DNA of 64,000 nucleotides. Origin: an uncultured virus (IMG/VR IMGVR_UViG_2061766007_000036) (Duplodnaviria; Heunggongvirae; Uroviricota; Caudoviricetes). Position 1 is the stretch's first letter; each line of letters opens with the position of its first letter. Under the pieces are notes generated by a model, which was given only the letters and a program-made list of their open reading frames with translations, was not told the origin of the DNA and did not search any database. The position numbers and the translations under genes were made by a program. Shown piece by piece: positions 25,565 through 37,103 of this stretch. The stretch is taken from the IMG/VR virus record IMGVR_UViG_2061766007_000036, one strand, 5' to 3'.

Positions 25565-27529
25565 TTAATCGCTAGTTGGAATAGCAATTTGAAAACGGCA
25601 GAAGCCGTTGATCGTAGATCCGCTTGCGTTAAGAATGCTGATTACTCCGGCAGATGTCACAGTCAGAAGAAGCACTCCCGTCCCGGTCTGACAGGGAATG
25701 TCCAGGTAGACATTGTCTGTAGCGTTCCATCCGCTGATAGTACCTATCTGATAGCTAGTACTATTGGACGGAAGATTGCTGACAGACAAATTACCTTGTA
25801 GGAAGAGAATGTTACTTCTTCTCCGTGCCGTCATCCTACCAAAACTGGTCGCATCCACATAACTGTTGTTAGTACGGGTCATCGTGAGATCTCCGTCCTT
25901 ACAGTATTCCAATTTGCCACCGGAATACTTCAAGAGGAATCTGCTGTTGATGTTGTCATAGATACCGAAAGCGTTTGCAGAGGACGGGTTACCACCGAAA
26001 AGAACGATATCGTGATGATTCGTACTACTGGATGCGTTCGCAAACCGGATGTTTCGCTGCGTGGTCTGTGCAAGGTCATCAAATATGATGTCATTGTATA
26101 GCCACACCTGTCCTTTTTGGATCAATCGCCACTCGTTTTCAACGCTGTTTGCTGTTGCTGCCTGTTTTCCAAAAGCAATCCCGTGTAGCGAAGGATTGTA
26201 ATTGAAATCCGGCATACTGAGTGGAGCAATGTAGATGTACGATGCTTGGGATAACCAGTTGTGTACATCTACTCGCAGCTCCGAATTTACTGTTGGATCT
26301 ACTCCTGTAAAGTAGTAGGTCACACTTCCTGTTGCGTACTGACTTTCTCCTATGTATTGTCCGGCATTGTAGAATGACAGGATGCCAAAGGTTGTTTCCG
26401 ATGATAGTGTAGCAGTATATCGGATAGCCGTTCCTTCATCGTCTACAGTAAAAGTACCGCCGGAATATGTTCCTCTTGTCAGACTTGCGTTTGACAAGCT
26501 AGGAGCCTGGGCCACATAAAAGGTCTGCGTGGTTGTCGCTGTGCTGACAGCACCTCTCAAGTCTGTTACCCGCAGAGTTGCCGTGTTGGAGCCATTGTTG
26601 CCATACAATCTCTCCACAACAGTATTAATATTGATCGTGCCGTCACCGCCGACAGGGGGAGCCGTACTGGAATCGTAGAGCAGATGACTTCCGAAATCCC
26701 CGTCAAGAGTGATGGTTTTGATCCTGCTGTTGTCCGGTGTCACGCTGCCGGATATCTGTAGGTTCGTCAGCCCGTTGTTATAAAACTTTCCCGTAAGCGT
26801 TTCCGCATTGATATAGCTCTGCCCCGGTGGATTTGACGCATAGGCATATGTGAAGGTCATACCGCTCAGTACAGGCGGTGAATCCGGGAAATACAATGTG
26901 GTATTGTATCTCCGTGTGCCTATCACCATATTATTGTTTGCCGTATCTGTAGTCTTGATGCTGATGGTTATCGGCATCTCTTTCCGTGCCATGTAGACAC
27001 CATCGTTAAACAGAGATTTGGCGAAGGTATATACAGTTGCGGAACGATTACTATTGCTCAGTATGCTGAGTGTCTGTCCGTTTGCCGTGGCGGTTATCGT
27101 ACTGTTGTAAGTAGACTTTCCTCTTGCTATCATAATGATAGCGTTGGTTCCTGCCGTCAGAGTTCCGAAGGTCAGCGTGTTTGGGATGGGGATCTGCTGA
27201 AGAGTATAGGTAGCAGTCTTGCTTGCCACACTCACACCGCCTAGGGTATAAGCAGCCGTCTGTATGGATACTGTGCCACCGCCCGTGTCTTGATGGGCCA
27301 CAACTCCGCTATAGGAGAAGACTGTGGTTGCCGTATCTGCCGACACGCTGACTCCATTCATCGTTCCTATCTGCGTGTATGCGGAATCCGTGGGGCCTTT
27401 CAAACTGACAGCACCGCCGGAAATGGTTCCGCTTCCCCCGGTTACTACTACGGACACGCTGATCCAGGATTGCTTTTGTGCCACATCGGCTTTCGTTTCT
27501 GTGGTGAGAATCAAAGTATCAATTGCCAA
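25565..27529 (-). CDS. Minor tail / receptor-binding protein
   Basis: 654 aa beta-rich; GIAFGK motif; position after the tail tip gene. Confidence 0.65.
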   Translation of the reverse strand: MAIDTLILTTETKADVAQKQSWISVSVVVTGGSGTISGGAVSLKGPTDSAYTQIGTMNGVSVSADTATTVFSYSGVVAHQDTGGGTVSIQTAAYTLGGVSVASKTATYTLQQIPIPNTLTFGTLTAGTNAIIMIARGKSTYNSTITATANGQTLSILSNSNRSATVYTFAKSLFNDGVYMARKEMPITISIKTTDTANNNMVIGTRRYNTTLYFPDSPPVLSGMTFTYAYASNPPGQSYINAETLTGKFYNNGLTNLQISGSVTPDNSRIKTITLDGDFGSHLLYDSSTAPPVGGDGTININTVVERLYGNNGSNTATLRVTDLRGAVSTATTTQTFYVAQAPSLSNASLTRGTYSGGTFTVDDEGTAIRYTATLSSETTFGILSFYNAGQYIGESQYATGSVTYYFTGVDPTVNSELRVDVHNWLSQASYIYIAPLSMPDFNYNPSLHGIAFGKQAATANSVENEWRLIQKGQVWLYNDIIFDDLAQTTQRNIRFANASSSTNHHDIVLFGGNPSSANAFGIYDNINSRFLLKYSGGKLEYCKDGDLTMTRTNNSYVDATSFGRMTARRRSNILFLQGNLSVSNLPSNSTSYQIGTISGWNATDNVYLDIPCQTGTGVLLLTVTSAGVISILNASGSTINGFCRFQIAIPTSD

Positions 27530-29269
27530 TTAAGTCACCCCCACCAAAGACAGACTGCCGTTCGGCATTATGATGAACATCACATTTCCCAGTCGGAATC
27601 TCTGCATACCGCCCATATCAAAAGTGGTACTCGTCATGGACATCAATGCGTTGTTATCTCCATCCACAAAAGCAATCTGATCATTTACTTCTGCCAGTCG
27701 GATGGAAGAATCTCTCGCACCTATCGTGAGCTGCACCTTGCCGTCACCATTGACACCAATGTCAAGATAATCGGCAAGCGTTTCTCCGCTCACTTTGATG
27801 CGTTCCGCATTGATGTGTCCTGCGTTGATAACATCAGCGTTGATGCCATCGTGAGTGATCGCCTGTGTATAAGTAGCACCGCCATCCGTGGATAAGCCTA
27901 TCCCTTCATAGTTAGCTACGATACACTTTGTGACAGCCGTGGCTGTCGGATCCTGGGTAATGAGAAACCCATCGTTTACACCATCGTTATTGCTGTCCGT
28001 GAGTCGGAATACACCACCCTTTGCCCCGCTCAGTTTGTCTGTTGCCGTGGCGATGGCTTCCGACAGGTTGGTATACATCCTCTCAATCTTCCGTTCCATA
28101 GGACTGGTGGAGAATTCCACCCGTGCCTGTGTGGGACGGGATGTGATGTCGCTCTTCAGCCCACCATCCACAGTAAAAACCTGTGTGAAGATCAGCGTAG
28201 GATAGTAGATTCCGTCATGTTGCTGAACACGGATGCAATCTCCGGCAAAGATTTCCGGGTAGCACCGCCAGGAGCAGGACATAGGGTAGTAGGTAAAGCG
28301 GTCATAGTGTGTCAGTATCCCGTCCAGTATGCTCTGTGTCATCAGCGGATTCGTGTAGCTGATGCCTGTTCCGTTACCGCTTGTGATGGGATTTTCCTGT
28401 GTGCCACTTGTAATGCTTTGCAGTACAAACGGCTCTTCATCCTGCATATCCAGGCCGGACATATACTGAACATCCTGTTTGAGCTTAAAGTCACTTCCGC
28501 TTTGCAGAGGATCGGAAAAGTACAGAGCATTGTTCGGCATCATCATTGCGTTTGTTCCTAACAGCCCCGCAAGCCATCCGATATAATCCGCTACAGTTCC
28601 GTCAAGATATGCGTCCAAGGTAGCGTCCAAGTCTACATCCGTGGGAGATGTCACAGACTGGTTTTCGTGGTATCGGTAATACCCTATGATCCACGCACCG
28701 CCGGAAGAAAAGTACTGGAGTTTGATATCGTTGTAGATATCCAAAGCACGGGCAGGGAAGGAGATGCTCGGTTCGTATATGACATTCAGTTTGGACAGGT
28801 AATCGTATCCGACAAGATTGATGGTCTGCCATCCGTCTGTGGAAGACACTTCCGTTATGAAGAATGTTCCTATCAGATTGTAGGACGGCTTGGCCCACCC
28901 GGATTCATCATAGAAATCCCCGTTGTCATCCGTGACACCAAACCACACCTTCACCATACTGTTCTGCCACACCAGTTTACTGGCAGGGATGTTCAGATTC
29001 GTCAGCGAAGGATTGAAGACTGTCAGTTTCAACTGAGCGGAATTGCATAGACCGAAGGTCAGCCCCTGGTCATTGCCATATTCCTGTGTAATGGTACAGG
29101 TTTTGATAGCGTCTTTTCCTGTCAGCGTAAATGCGTTTCCTGTGTTGTCTACTGCCCAGTCATAAGTGTTTGGATCGTTAGGATTGAAGATAGCACCTAT
29201 CCAAATGTTCCTTGCCGGGGCAAGCCCTACGGATTCCCATTGATTATTGTAGAAACCCATAAGACTCAC
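27530..29269 (-). CDS. Tail tip (Tal-like) protein
   Basis: Follows the distal tail gene; GIGLSTDGG..AIT.DGINAD.I.AG.I.AERI. Confidence 0.7.
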   Translation of the reverse strand: MSLMGFYNNQWESVGLAPARNIWIGAIFNPNDPNTYDWAVDNTGNAFTLTGKDAIKTCTITQEYGNDQGLTFGLCNSAQLKLTVFNPSLTNLNIPASKLVWQNSMVKVWFGVTDDNGDFYDESGWAKPSYNLIGTFFITEVSSTDGWQTINLVGYDYLSKLNVIYEPSISFPARALDIYNDIKLQYFSSGGAWIIGYYRYHENQSVTSPTDVDLDATLDAYLDGTVADYIGWLAGLLGTNAMMMPNNALYFSDPLQSGSDFKLKQDVQYMSGLDMQDEEPFVLQSITSGTQENPITSGNGTGISYTNPLMTQSILDGILTHYDRFTYYPMSCSWRCYPEIFAGDCIRVQQHDGIYYPTLIFTQVFTVDGGLKSDITSRPTQARVEFSTSPMERKIERMYTNLSEAIATATDKLSGAKGGVFRLTDSNNDGVNDGFLITQDPTATAVTKCIVANYEGIGLSTDGGATYTQAITHDGINADVINAGHINAERIKVSGETLADYLDIGVNGDGKVQLTIGARDSSIRLAEVNDQIAFVDGDNNALMSMTSTTFDMGGMQRFRLGNVMFIIMPNGSLSLVGVT

Positions 29270-29637
29270 CTCTCAATAAAGTTCACATTCAGTTCACTCC
29301 ATATCCACTTTCCCGTGCGGAGATTGTAAGCAGGAACTGTCCGGTCACCGCAGTATGCTGTGAAACTGATATTGGATCCAGTCCGGGGATCCGGGCAAGT
29401 GACTGTGAAAAACTGGTCGGTAATGGCATTGAGGATGGTAGCAGCTTGGGTCTGTTTGAGATGTTGCCATTGGCATTCCACCTTTATCTTTACCGCTACC
29501 CTGTCACGAAACATATATCCGCTTTGATTTCGTCCTGCCGTGGAGCCGTCTACATCCTGTACATCAAACTGGAAAGCGGAAGGATCCGGGAGTGCTACGG
29601 ATGTACCGTTTGCTTTTGTAATGGTTATCAAGGCCAT
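29266..29637 (-). CDS. Distal tail protein
   Basis: After the tape measure gene; LPDPS..AGRNQSG.MFRDRV..NFIER. Confidence 0.7.
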   Translation of the reverse strand: MALITITKANGTSVALPDPSAFQFDVQDVDGSTAGRNQSGYMFRDRVAVKIKVECQWQHLKQTQAATILNAITDQFFTVTCPDPRTGSNISFTAYCGDRTVPAYNLRTGKWIWSELNVNFIER

Positions 29638-29651
29638 CTTTCAGCACCCCC

Positions 29652-32543
29652 TTACACTAACAGAGGACTTCTGCCCGTCCTGCGTACCTGTGCGTTGTTG
29701 CGTTCCGTGACGATCTCAAACAGCGTCCTGCCGTCAATCTGTACTGTGGTAGACTGTCCACCCATAGCATCAGACACAGCACGATAGACACCTTCCGCTA
29801 CGGAATCCACAATCTGATCGTTATTCATGACAGCCGTGTGATTGTTGTAAGTACCTACCAGTTCCGGCCCCCGTTCACGGGCGATAAAGAGCTGTCCCTG
29901 TCGGACAAGACCACCTTCTGCCATCAGTTCCGGTACATACTTGTTGCGATAGGGAATCGTAGCGTTGAAAGCAAAGGTCTTACCACCGACTCCCGGCACC
30001 CAAGTAGGAACTACGAATTTGATCTGATTCATACTGTATACGGCATCTCGGACGCTTCCTGCCACATTGTTGGCAACTGTGACGGCTCCGCTGCTAATTG
30101 CGTTGAATGGCTGCCGCACACCATTTTTCATAGCGGTTACTGCGGTTATCACATCACTCTTCATGTTATTGAAAGCGGATGTGATATTGGGTGTGATACT
30201 CGTTCCGACTGTGCTTGTGGTCTGTCGCATCTCATCCAGTTTTTGAGCCATCTTTTCTTTCAAGGACTCCATTGGAGAATTGATATCCGTGTTTCGTAAT
30301 TTTCCGGTGATCGTACCGCCAACTTGGGTCATCTTGGTGTCTGTCAAAGCGTTGAACAGATTGAAGCTGTTGCCAAGATCCGATTCAATGCGTTTCATAG
30401 GATTGATTACATTTGTCCCGTTCAACTTGTCCGTGATTGTCTTGGATACTGCTCCTGCATTGATTGCCGTCCCATTTACAATCGTGTTCCACTCTCTCTG
30501 CATATCCGTGTGTATAGCTGTGAGAGGTGTTACTACATCCGTGTTCGCAAGTTCCTTTTCCACTTTTCGCCGGATTCCAATGGCACTAACATCTACGAAA
30601 TCCCGTGTCCGTTTGGTTTTAGTTTCAATATCGTTTTGAATTTTGTCCAACGGATCGTTCACATTGGTTCTCTTGATTGCCTTTTCTACACCTTCGGGGA
30701 TTGCGTTCCAGTACTTGCTTGATGTTATTCCAAGCCTTTTTGCTTTCTTGGTCACGCTGTTTTCAACACCGCCGACAAATGCGCTTCCAATTTCTTCCCC
30801 AGTCTTTTCAACAGCGGGAAGGACTTCTGTTTTTGCACCAAACAAACCAGTAAGATCTATTGTAAAGTCACCAATCGTTGCAAAGAAATCTTTGAATCCT
30901 TGCCACGCACCTCTCCAGTCCCCCTGATCAATAGCATCAATGATTTTTGCAAAAGCCGTTATAAAGCGATCTCCGTACTCGTCAAACAGTTTGAACAGTT
31001 CGCCAAAACTTCTGTCAAAGTCGGCTATTATAGCGTCAAAAATGCTTGTGAACACAGTTATTTGTTTGTCTATGTTTTCTCCTGTGACAGTTCCAAAAAT
31101 ATGATTTCGTAGTTTGGCAAAAAAGCTCTCATCTTCGCTCTGTCCTGTCAACCATTTGTACATTTTTGTGTTTTGAAATTTTTCAAGCAATCCTTCAAGC
31201 CCTGGAATAAATGTGTTCTCCCACCAAGGAACTACAATCTTTTCCCAGTCATACTTCAAAACACCAAATGGAGTTGCGAGTAGTTTTGAAAACTTTGTCC
31301 CGTCTTCGTCCATTGTTATGCTTCCAAGCAATGTAGTGAACGAAAATCCAAGTACCGCACCAACTAAAAGCCCTGGCACACCGCCAACAGTTAGCCCTAT
31401 CAATGCACCGCCTATGGCTCCAAACATTCCTTCAACTATTTTCGCCCATTCATTTCTGCTGATTTCTCCGTCTTGATCAAAAAGAGTTTTGTTGACAAGA
31501 AGGGAAAGCAAGAATCCAACAACCGCCCCTGGAACACCGCCAACGATCAGTCCGGCTACTGTGAAGATACCGCTGATTATTTTTTCAGCCAGCTGCTCAC
31601 CATTGATGTTGCTCCAGTCAAGGACTACATCAGAGAAGACCAGTCTGAAATCCTGAAGCCAGTCAAACATTCCTTGTGGCAGATTTCGCTCCTCAAACAT
31701 ACTGGCATAATCAGGAGTGCTTGCTCCACCGCCACCGCCGCCGGACGAAGGATCGTTCAGGACATTCAGTTCGTCAAATCCAAGCAGTTGTCTTTTCAGT
31801 TCTTTGGCTGCCCCGGCTGCGCTTGACAGATTGTCTCCCCAAGTAGCGGTCGCTTCCACAGCAGCCGTGTAGGAAGACTTCCCTGACAGTCCGGCAAAGA
31901 TCGCCGCCAACAGGTTGTTAAAGGTTGTCAGCCAGTTACACACTCTCACAAGAACAGGGATCAACGCTTCCAGCACGGGAGCAAGCGCCGCTCCAATGCT
32001 GTTTTTAAAAGTAAGCGTTGCCGACTTCGCTTTGTCCATTGCCGGAGCGAGAGATGTGCCTACGATCCTACTGTAATTGTAGATGTTCGTAATACCTTCA
32101 CCGATGGCTGATGTGATTGCTCTGATAACGCTTCTCAAAAACCTATACATCGCAATTCGTTTAAGGGCAGATGCAAACGATGCAATATGCGATGTGGTTT
32201 TTTTGAAGGAAGCACCAAGCCGTGCAAACAGTCCCGTTGATTTCTCTCCATCTTTTCCGGCACTGCGAAAAGAAGCACCTAGTTTCTTTACGGTGGCAGA
32301 AGTCCTACCGGCCTTTTCTCCTGTTACTTCTATGGTTTCTCCGGCCTGTGCTATATCTTGTGAAGCATCTTTGGCATCTTCTCCGGCTTCCTTTGTTGCT
32401 TCTCCGGTTCCCGTCATCGTACCGCCAAGTCTTTTGAACATCTTCAGCGTTCCGACAAGGCTGTTTAACTGCTTCTGCGCTTTCGCTACACCCTGGGTCT
32501 GTACCTGTATGTTTAGGGTGTCTACAGTTCCTTCAATTGCCAT
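29652..32543 (-). CDS. Tape measure protein
   Basis: ~963 aa helical with hydrophobic stretches; [10 protein letters not shown] and [15 protein letters not shown] motifs. Confidence 0.9.
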   Translation of the reverse strand: MAIEGTVDTLNIQVQTQGVAKAQKQLNSLVGTLKMFKRLGGTMTGTGEATKEAGEDAKDASQDIAQAGETIEVTGEKAGRTSATVKKLGASFRSAGKDGEKSTGLFARLGASFKKTTSHIASFASALKRIAMYRFLRSVIRAITSAIGEGITNIYNYSRIVGTSLAPAMDKAKSATLTFKNSIGAALAPVLEALIPVLVRVCNWLTTFNNLLAAIFAGLSGKSSYTAAVEATATWGDNLSSAAGAAKELKRQLLGFDELNVLNDPSSGGGGGGASTPDYASMFEERNLPQGMFDWLQDFRLVFSDVVLDWSNINGEQLAEKIISGIFTVAGLIVGGVPGAVVGFLLSLLVNKTLFDQDGEISRNEWAKIVEGMFGAIGGALIGLTVGGVPGLLVGAVLGFSFTTLLGSITMDEDGTKFSKLLATPFGVLKYDWEKIVVPWWENTFIPGLEGLLEKFQNTKMYKWLTGQSEDESFFAKLRNHIFGTVTGENIDKQITVFTSIFDAIIADFDRSFGELFKLFDEYGDRFITAFAKIIDAIDQGDWRGAWQGFKDFFATIGDFTIDLTGLFGAKTEVLPAVEKTGEEIGSAFVGGVENSVTKKAKRLGITSSKYWNAIPEGVEKAIKRTNVNDPLDKIQNDIETKTKRTRDFVDVSAIGIRRKVEKELANTDVVTPLTAIHTDMQREWNTIVNGTAINAGAVSKTITDKLNGTNVINPMKRIESDLGNSFNLFNALTDTKMTQVGGTITGKLRNTDINSPMESLKEKMAQKLDEMRQTTSTVGTSITPNITSAFNNMKSDVITAVTAMKNGVRQPFNAISSGAVTVANNVAGSVRDAVYSMNQIKFVVPTWVPGVGGKTFAFNATIPYRNKYVPELMAEGGLVRQGQLFIARERGPELVGTYNNHTAVMNNDQIVDSVAEGVYRAVSDAMGGQSTTVQIDGRTLFEIVTERNNAQVRRTGRSPLLV

Positions 32544-32994
32544 TTGTTTCACCACCTTCTTTACGCTTGGCATTTATCTTTTCCATCCAAGCGGTCATCG
32601 TGGTAATCCCCTTGTCAGCTTCTGCTTTTGCTTCTCTGTCTTCCTTGTTCTTTGCATCTTTTTCCGTCAAAGGAATAGGCTCGGACAGATAGTCGCCGAC
32701 ACGGGCATTTTTCTTTGGGAAAGCAGGAAGGATGGGGGCGAACGCTTCCATCACCCGGTAGATGTACAATCCCTGAAGCCACAACTCTGCGTTTTTTGTT
32801 TCAGACCGCAGATTGTCTGCTTGCCGGAAGTACTTCACCATCGTGTTATCCCCATCCCAGTACTGCTCCCAGGTCATTCCTATGGAGAGATAGTACGGAC
32901 AGGCTTTCTCAAAGTAGTCTGTGTAACGAATAGGGGGCGAGTTATCTTCGCCCCCATTATTGGAATCAGAACCCGTTACCAGTTCTGACTCCAC
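32533..32994 (-). CDS. Tail assembly chaperone, T part (probably reached by -1 frameshift)
   Basis: [12 protein letters not shown]; lies in the -1 frame relative to the upstream gene. Confidence 0.7.
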   Translation of the reverse strand: MESELVTGSDSNNGGEDNSPPIRYTDYFEKACPYYLSIGMTWEQYWDGDNTMVKYFRQADNLRSETKNAELWLQGLYIYRVMEAFAPILPAFPKKNARVGDYLSEPIPLTEKDAKNKEDREAKAEADKGITTMTAWMEKINAKRKEGGETNGN

Positions 32995-33305
32995 TCTGCG
33001 TTTCCCTCGGCTTCTTCAGGTTCATCCGTCAGGCTCTCCAGCGGTTCGTTGTACATCTCGCCAAGAGCGAAGATGAAGTCCTGTTTGTTCGGGATCTTGT
33101 TGAATATGGCATCAATCACATTAGCTTTTACATTGCGGTGATGTGCCAAAAATGCCCCGGCAAAGAGAGATGGAAGCGTACTCATGGGTTTCGCTTCTAT
33201 ATCCGTAGCACGGAAACCTCTCCTTTCCATTTCGGCTATCGTAGTGCGAGTAAACTCAAGAGTATACTCTCTTCCCTCATAGGTCAGCGTAATGGTCTTT
33301 GCCAT
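32976..33305 (-). CDS. Tail assembly chaperone, G part
   Basis: Between the major tail and tape measure genes; slippery G GGA AAC near its end. Confidence 0.75.
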   Translation of the reverse strand: MAKTITLTYEGREYTLEFTRTTIAEMERRGFRATDIEAKPMSTLPSLFAGAFLAHHRNVKANVIDAIFNKIPNKQDFIFALGEMYNEPLESLTDEPEEAEGNAEWSQNW

Positions 33306-33327
33306 TTCAATGCCCGTCCTTTCTTAA

Positions 33328-33750
33328 TTAGGTCGCTGCGAAGGTAATGTCGGTGGTCGGCAGGATTGTCACCGTCATATCCACCACTTCGTTCACGCCG
33401 CCGCCATTGACATATACGGACAGTTCGCCCGTAAAGGAGAACTTGCCGTTGTGTCCGTCAGGAGTGCCGTTAGATCCAGCACCAAACCACACCGCAAACG
33501 GGGTTGCTTCCGTGATAGCGGAGAGGGTGGTGTAGTCGGCAGCCGTGTAGTTACAGGTAAACTCAATCGCTTCCTGATCCTGGATGCCACGGATGTAGGT
33601 TCTCGCACCGTTGGTCAGCGTGGTGGTTTCAAGCTGTTCGGGAGTGCCTCCAAGGTCGCCGAAGCTCTTGATGTCCACCAGTTTGGTGTAGGTTACAGTA
33701 CCTGACCCGCTACCCTTCATCAGAAAAGCCTGATAAGTGGAAATAGCCAT
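33328..33750 (-). CDS. Major tail protein
   Basis: DLGGTPEQLETTTL..TYIRGIQD..FTCNY; GGGVNEV. Confidence 0.85.
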   Translation of the reverse strand: MAISTYQAFLMKGSGSGTVTYTKLVDIKSFGDLGGTPEQLETTTLTNGARTYIRGIQDQEAIEFTCNYTAADYTTLSAITEATPFAVWFGAGSNGTPDGHNGKFSFTGELSVYVNGGGVNEVVDMTVTILPTTDITFAAT

Positions 33751-33755
33751 GTTTC

Positions 33756-34157
33756 TCAACTCCTATATATAGTTTCATCTGTACCGACAACTGCGGAATA
33801 TCGTGCAGTCAGTCGGTATTTCTGTGCTTCGTCCGTTACCACGGGAACGCATCCTAACAAAGTAAAGCCAAGCCCTATCAGGGTATCATCCACGATAGCC
33901 ATAATTGCTTTCGCTTCGCTCTTGGAAATGTTTTCTTTGCGACTGTACACGTTGACGGTGTATGTCACAGTAATGTGGTTTTCGTTGGAAGCCGTGTCTC
34001 TTGTCTGCAAGACGGAGTATCCGTCCGTCTGCTCTATGCAGACACAGGGGTAAGAGGAAGGTTCGTAGATCGTTCTGCTTACCACCTGTATGTCCGCATT
34101 GTAAGCAAGGAGTGCGGTTGCCACCTTGGTATAGATTTGAGATTCTACATCAATCAT
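33756..34157 (-). CDS. Tail terminator/completion protein
   Basis: Synteny; YPCVCIEQ..YTVNVYS. Confidence 0.7.
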   Translation of the reverse strand: MIDVESQIYTKVATALLAYNADIQVVSRTIYEPSSYPCVCIEQTDGYSVLQTRDTASNENHITVTYTVNVYSRKENISKSEAKAIMAIVDDTLIGLGFTLLGCVPVVTDEAQKYRLTARYSAVVGTDETIYRS

Positions 34158-34689
34158 CAGCAAACACACTCCTCGCAATTTCAAGTATTTGCATCCTCAT
34201 CTGTTTGGATGCGTTGTACATCACGCTGTTCGGTGGATTGCCGTGCGTGGTCACAAGTCCCTTGGCTCGTTCGTTTGTGGTCTGATACCATCCCATACTG
34301 CCGGGATCGCCGTAGTATTTCCAGGTATCGTTCCGTCCTCTCTTGTGTCCGTACTCTCCCCTAACAGCACCCAGTTCGGCTGCTTTCGGATGACTCTCTC
34401 CGTAATGGACACCAGTACCAAACTCAATGAACGCTACTGTAGAGCCTGTCACGGGGATCTCCAAGACCATATCGCTCACCCATGAAGGGCTGCCTATCTG
34501 AACATCAGGAGTGCCGTCATAGACCGCTGTGCGGAATCCTACATTCATAAAACTGACACCTATTTCTGCGAGTTTATTCGCAAACGTGTGCATCTTATCC
34601 TGTAGGCGGTTCATCTTCTTGGAGATGTGCTGAACTGCGAGATCCACACCTTCAACCTTGATGGATACTCCTATGGGCGAGAGTGCCAT
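34150..34689 (-). CDS. HK97 gp10-like neck protein
   Basis: AFIEFGTG motif. Confidence 0.7.
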   Translation of the reverse strand: MALSPIGVSIKVEGVDLAVQHISKKMNRLQDKMHTFANKLAEIGVSFMNVGFRTAVYDGTPDVQIGSPSWVSDMVLEIPVTGSTVAFIEFGTGVHYGESHPKAAELGAVRGEYGHKRGRNDTWKYYGDPGSMGWYQTTNERAKGLVTTHGNPPNSVMYNASKQMRMQILEIARSVFADD

Positions 34690-35046
34690 TTACCTCACCT
34701 TCTTGATGGCTATGGAAATGCTGTTCAAAGACTTGGACACCCTTTGCACGATGTAATCCGGCTCTACTCCTTCACCGGGAGTGACATCCACATACAGTAC
34801 GCTGTGTTCGTCAATGGAGCAGTCCATATCAAAGGTTACGATCACCTTGTCATAGTCTGCTTCCGTGCCAAACTCCTCGGTAAAGGTTATCCCTGTCGCT
34901 CTTGAAATACTTGCATCTGCCTTGACGGGTTCGGTATAGCTGATAGCCTTTTCTCCTGTCAGATAGCCATTGCCGTCTACTACATCTGTCGCTCCCTGAT
35001 ACAAGGCGTACCAAAAGGATTGCTGATTTCGCACCATTCCTCTCAC
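34690..35046 (-). CDS. Head closure/adaptor protein
   Basis: Synteny. Confidence 0.65.
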   Translation of the reverse strand: MRGMVRNQQSFWYALYQGATDVVDGNGYLTGEKAISYTEPVKADASISRATGITFTEEFGTEADYDKVIVTFDMDCSIDEHSVLYVDVTPGEGVEPDYIVQRVSKSLNSISIAIKKVR

Positions 35047-35049
35047 GAC

Positions 35050-35364
35050 TCATAGCACCTCGCAATACGGAAGTACCCATTTGAGCATGGATGACGGAAT
35101 GTAGGATGCTTCGTAGGAACGGCTGACACCATTCTCGTTGTGGGACAACTGCCCTTCTGCACCACGCTTGTTGATGAGGTAGGCGGCTATCTCACATTGC
35201 AGATGCGAGTATTGATCCGGCACTTCTTTCCCGCTTGAGCCGAAGGGATACCGCTTACGCAGAATCCCTTCAGCAGCGGCTTCAAGGTAGGCAGTAAGGA
35301 TCTCGGAAGAAACAGTTCTGTCAAGAAGGGTAGCGGTGTAGGTAAGTTTTTCATTCATCGTCAT
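35050..35364 (-). CDS. Head-tail connector (gp6-like)
   Basis: NKRGAEGQLSHNENGVSRSY. Confidence 0.8.
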   Translation of the reverse strand: MTMNEKLTYTATLLDRTVSSEILTAYLEAAAEGILRKRYPFGSSGKEVPDQYSHLQCEIAAYLINKRGAEGQLSHNENGVSRSYEASYIPSSMLKWVLPYCEVL

Positions 35365-35385
35365 ATCCGCTCACCCCTTTTGCGA

Positions 35386-36411
35386 TTAAGTGCCGGAAGT
35401 GGTCTGAACAGTACCGCCAGCCACATACACAGACTGATGATAAGTCGGAGCGGTGAACGTGGTAGCAAGGCCAGTGATCTTGGCGTGGTAGTTCTCCGCA
35501 CCAAAGTCAAGACCAACCTGACCGTAGATCTGATACTTGTCGGCAGCACCCGTCTTGGCGAGAGGCTCAAGGAAGAAGTTGCCCTTGCCGGGAACATCCA
35601 GGTACACAGGAGCGCAGACGGTCGGGTTCACGATGACGGCATTTCCGGCGGCAACATACGGGTTTGCAAGCAGACCGATAGATCCGAAAGGAGTAATCAG
35701 CGTGTCAATTGCAAGACCGTTAATGTTACGGGAAGCCGGAACGATGGTCATGCCGTTGGAAGAAGCATCCGCATTGATCTGCATGATGTGAACCGGGTTG
35801 GTCATCAGCACCAGGCTGTCAGTAGGAGCGTTGTGGGAAGAGATGCCCTCAATGGCTTCGGCAACAAGCCAAAAACCAAGAGGAGCAGAAGAAGCAGCGG
35901 TGGCGTTCGTGGTAATGGCTGCGATGATGCCCTTGGTCTTGTAGGCTACATCATCGTAAGTGCCATCCTTATACGCACCGTTGATGAAGGTGTACTCCAC
36001 ATCGTTCGCCATAGCCGCCATCGTGTTGGCAACCTGGAAGTCCAGTTCGGTAGCCGGATTAGCGGAAACATTTGCGAGGTTCAGCCCGGAAAGCTGACCC
36101 ATACTGGATGCCTTGGCATAGGAGATAGCCAACGCTCTCTGATAAATCTGACACACGTTGACATTCTGCGATCTCGTCACAAACTCCGGGTTCGGAGCAG
36201 TAAGAGAAGCAGTTTCCGTGATGGAGGGCTGTGAAAGACCACCGCCAGTAGCGTAGGTCAGGGAAGTAGTAAACTTCCACGAATTGGTGTTGCGGGATTT
36301 ACCGCCGATCAGGGTGGAAAACGGGGTCCTGGTGTTCCCCGTGTTGAAGAGCATTCCGCTGTAGTTCAGCAGATTATGCGAAGTCATTACATAGGATTCA
36401 TTCGTTGACAT
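35386..36411 (-). CDS. Major capsid protein
   Basis: 341 aa after the scaffold; TPFSTLIG, NVCQI, ELDFQ, LAKTG..QIYGQVGL. Confidence 0.85.
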   Translation of the reverse strand: MSTNESYVMTSHNLLNYSGMLFNTGNTRTPFSTLIGGKSRNTNSWKFTTSLTYATGGGLSQPSITETASLTAPNPEFVTRSQNVNVCQIYQRALAISYAKASSMGQLSGLNLANVSANPATELDFQVANTMAAMANDVEYTFINGAYKDGTYDDVAYKTKGIIAAITTNATAASSAPLGFWLVAEAIEGISSHNAPTDSLVLMTNPVHIMQINADASSNGMTIVPASRNINGLAIDTLITPFGSIGLLANPYVAAGNAVIVNPTVCAPVYLDVPGKGNFFLEPLAKTGAADKYQIYGQVGLDFGAENYHAKITGLATTFTAPTYHQSVYVAGGTVQTTSGT

Positions 36412-36438
36412 TTTCTTTCACCTCAAATAGAGTAGATT

Positions 36439-37017
36439 TTATTTCTGCTCCTCTGCCTTAAGGCGCATATAGGCTGCAACCGCAGCCATATCACCTCTCT
36501 GCTGTGCTTCGGCAATCTTTTTGTCATATGCCGACTTGGTGTCAACAGTAGATGTTCCGGCGGGGGGAACAGGCGTAGACTTAAGGTTCTGCGCCAGCAC
36601 GGCCTTATCGTGCGTTTCCTGAAACGCCGCCATGTTGGCAAAAACCTTGTTCAGATCCCCGTCAGCCAATGCTGATGCGGTTTCCACGGCAAGGGATTCT
36701 TCGTACCCAAGAGACAGAAACTTTGCTTTATGCTCTGCAATTACTTTCTCCTTGCGGAGTGCGGTAAGTTCCTGTTCCATCTTCTCAAAGGCTTCCTGTG
36801 ACTCTTGCCGTTTCTTTTCGTCATCGGATAGCAATGCATTGTGCTTGCGCTTCCACTCTGCCGCTTCAGCGTTCGCTTTGCTGACAGCCTGTTTCAGTTT
36901 GTCAGTTTCTGCGCTATCCACTTTGGGCAGTTCAAAGGAATATTCCTCAAGGGCTTTCACCTTCTCTTCTGCCGTCATTTCGGCATAACCGGGGATGGAA
37001 GAAATATCAATGTTCAT
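36439..37017 (-). CDS. Capsid scaffolding protein
   Basis: Charged coiled-coil between the head morphogenesis and capsid genes. Confidence 0.8.
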   Translation of the reverse strand: MNIDISSIPGYAEMTAEEKVKALEEYSFELPKVDSAETDKLKQAVSKANAEAAEWKRKHNALLSDDEKKRQESQEAFEKMEQELTALRKEKVIAEHKAKFLSLGYEESLAVETASALADGDLNKVFANMAAFQETHDKAVLAQNLKSTPVPPAGTSTVDTKSAYDKKIAEAQQRGDMAAVAAYMRLKAEEQK

Positions 37018-37038
37018 TTTAACTCTCCTTTGCGATTT

Positions 37039-37103
37039 AAGTCTTCCCTGACTATCTCTGATTTACAGTTTACTCTGTTTGCGTTTTAAAGTCTTCCCTG
37101 ACT
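37039..37103 (-). promoter_or_regulatory. Twin AGTC-AGGGAA-GACT hairpins in the scaffold leader
   Basis: aagtcttccctgact at 37039-37053 and 37089-37103. Confidence 0.6.

Noticed and set aside
20539..29269. Diversity-generating retroelement acting on tail fibres
   Set aside because: No reverse transcriptase and no adenine-specific TR/VR pair seen.
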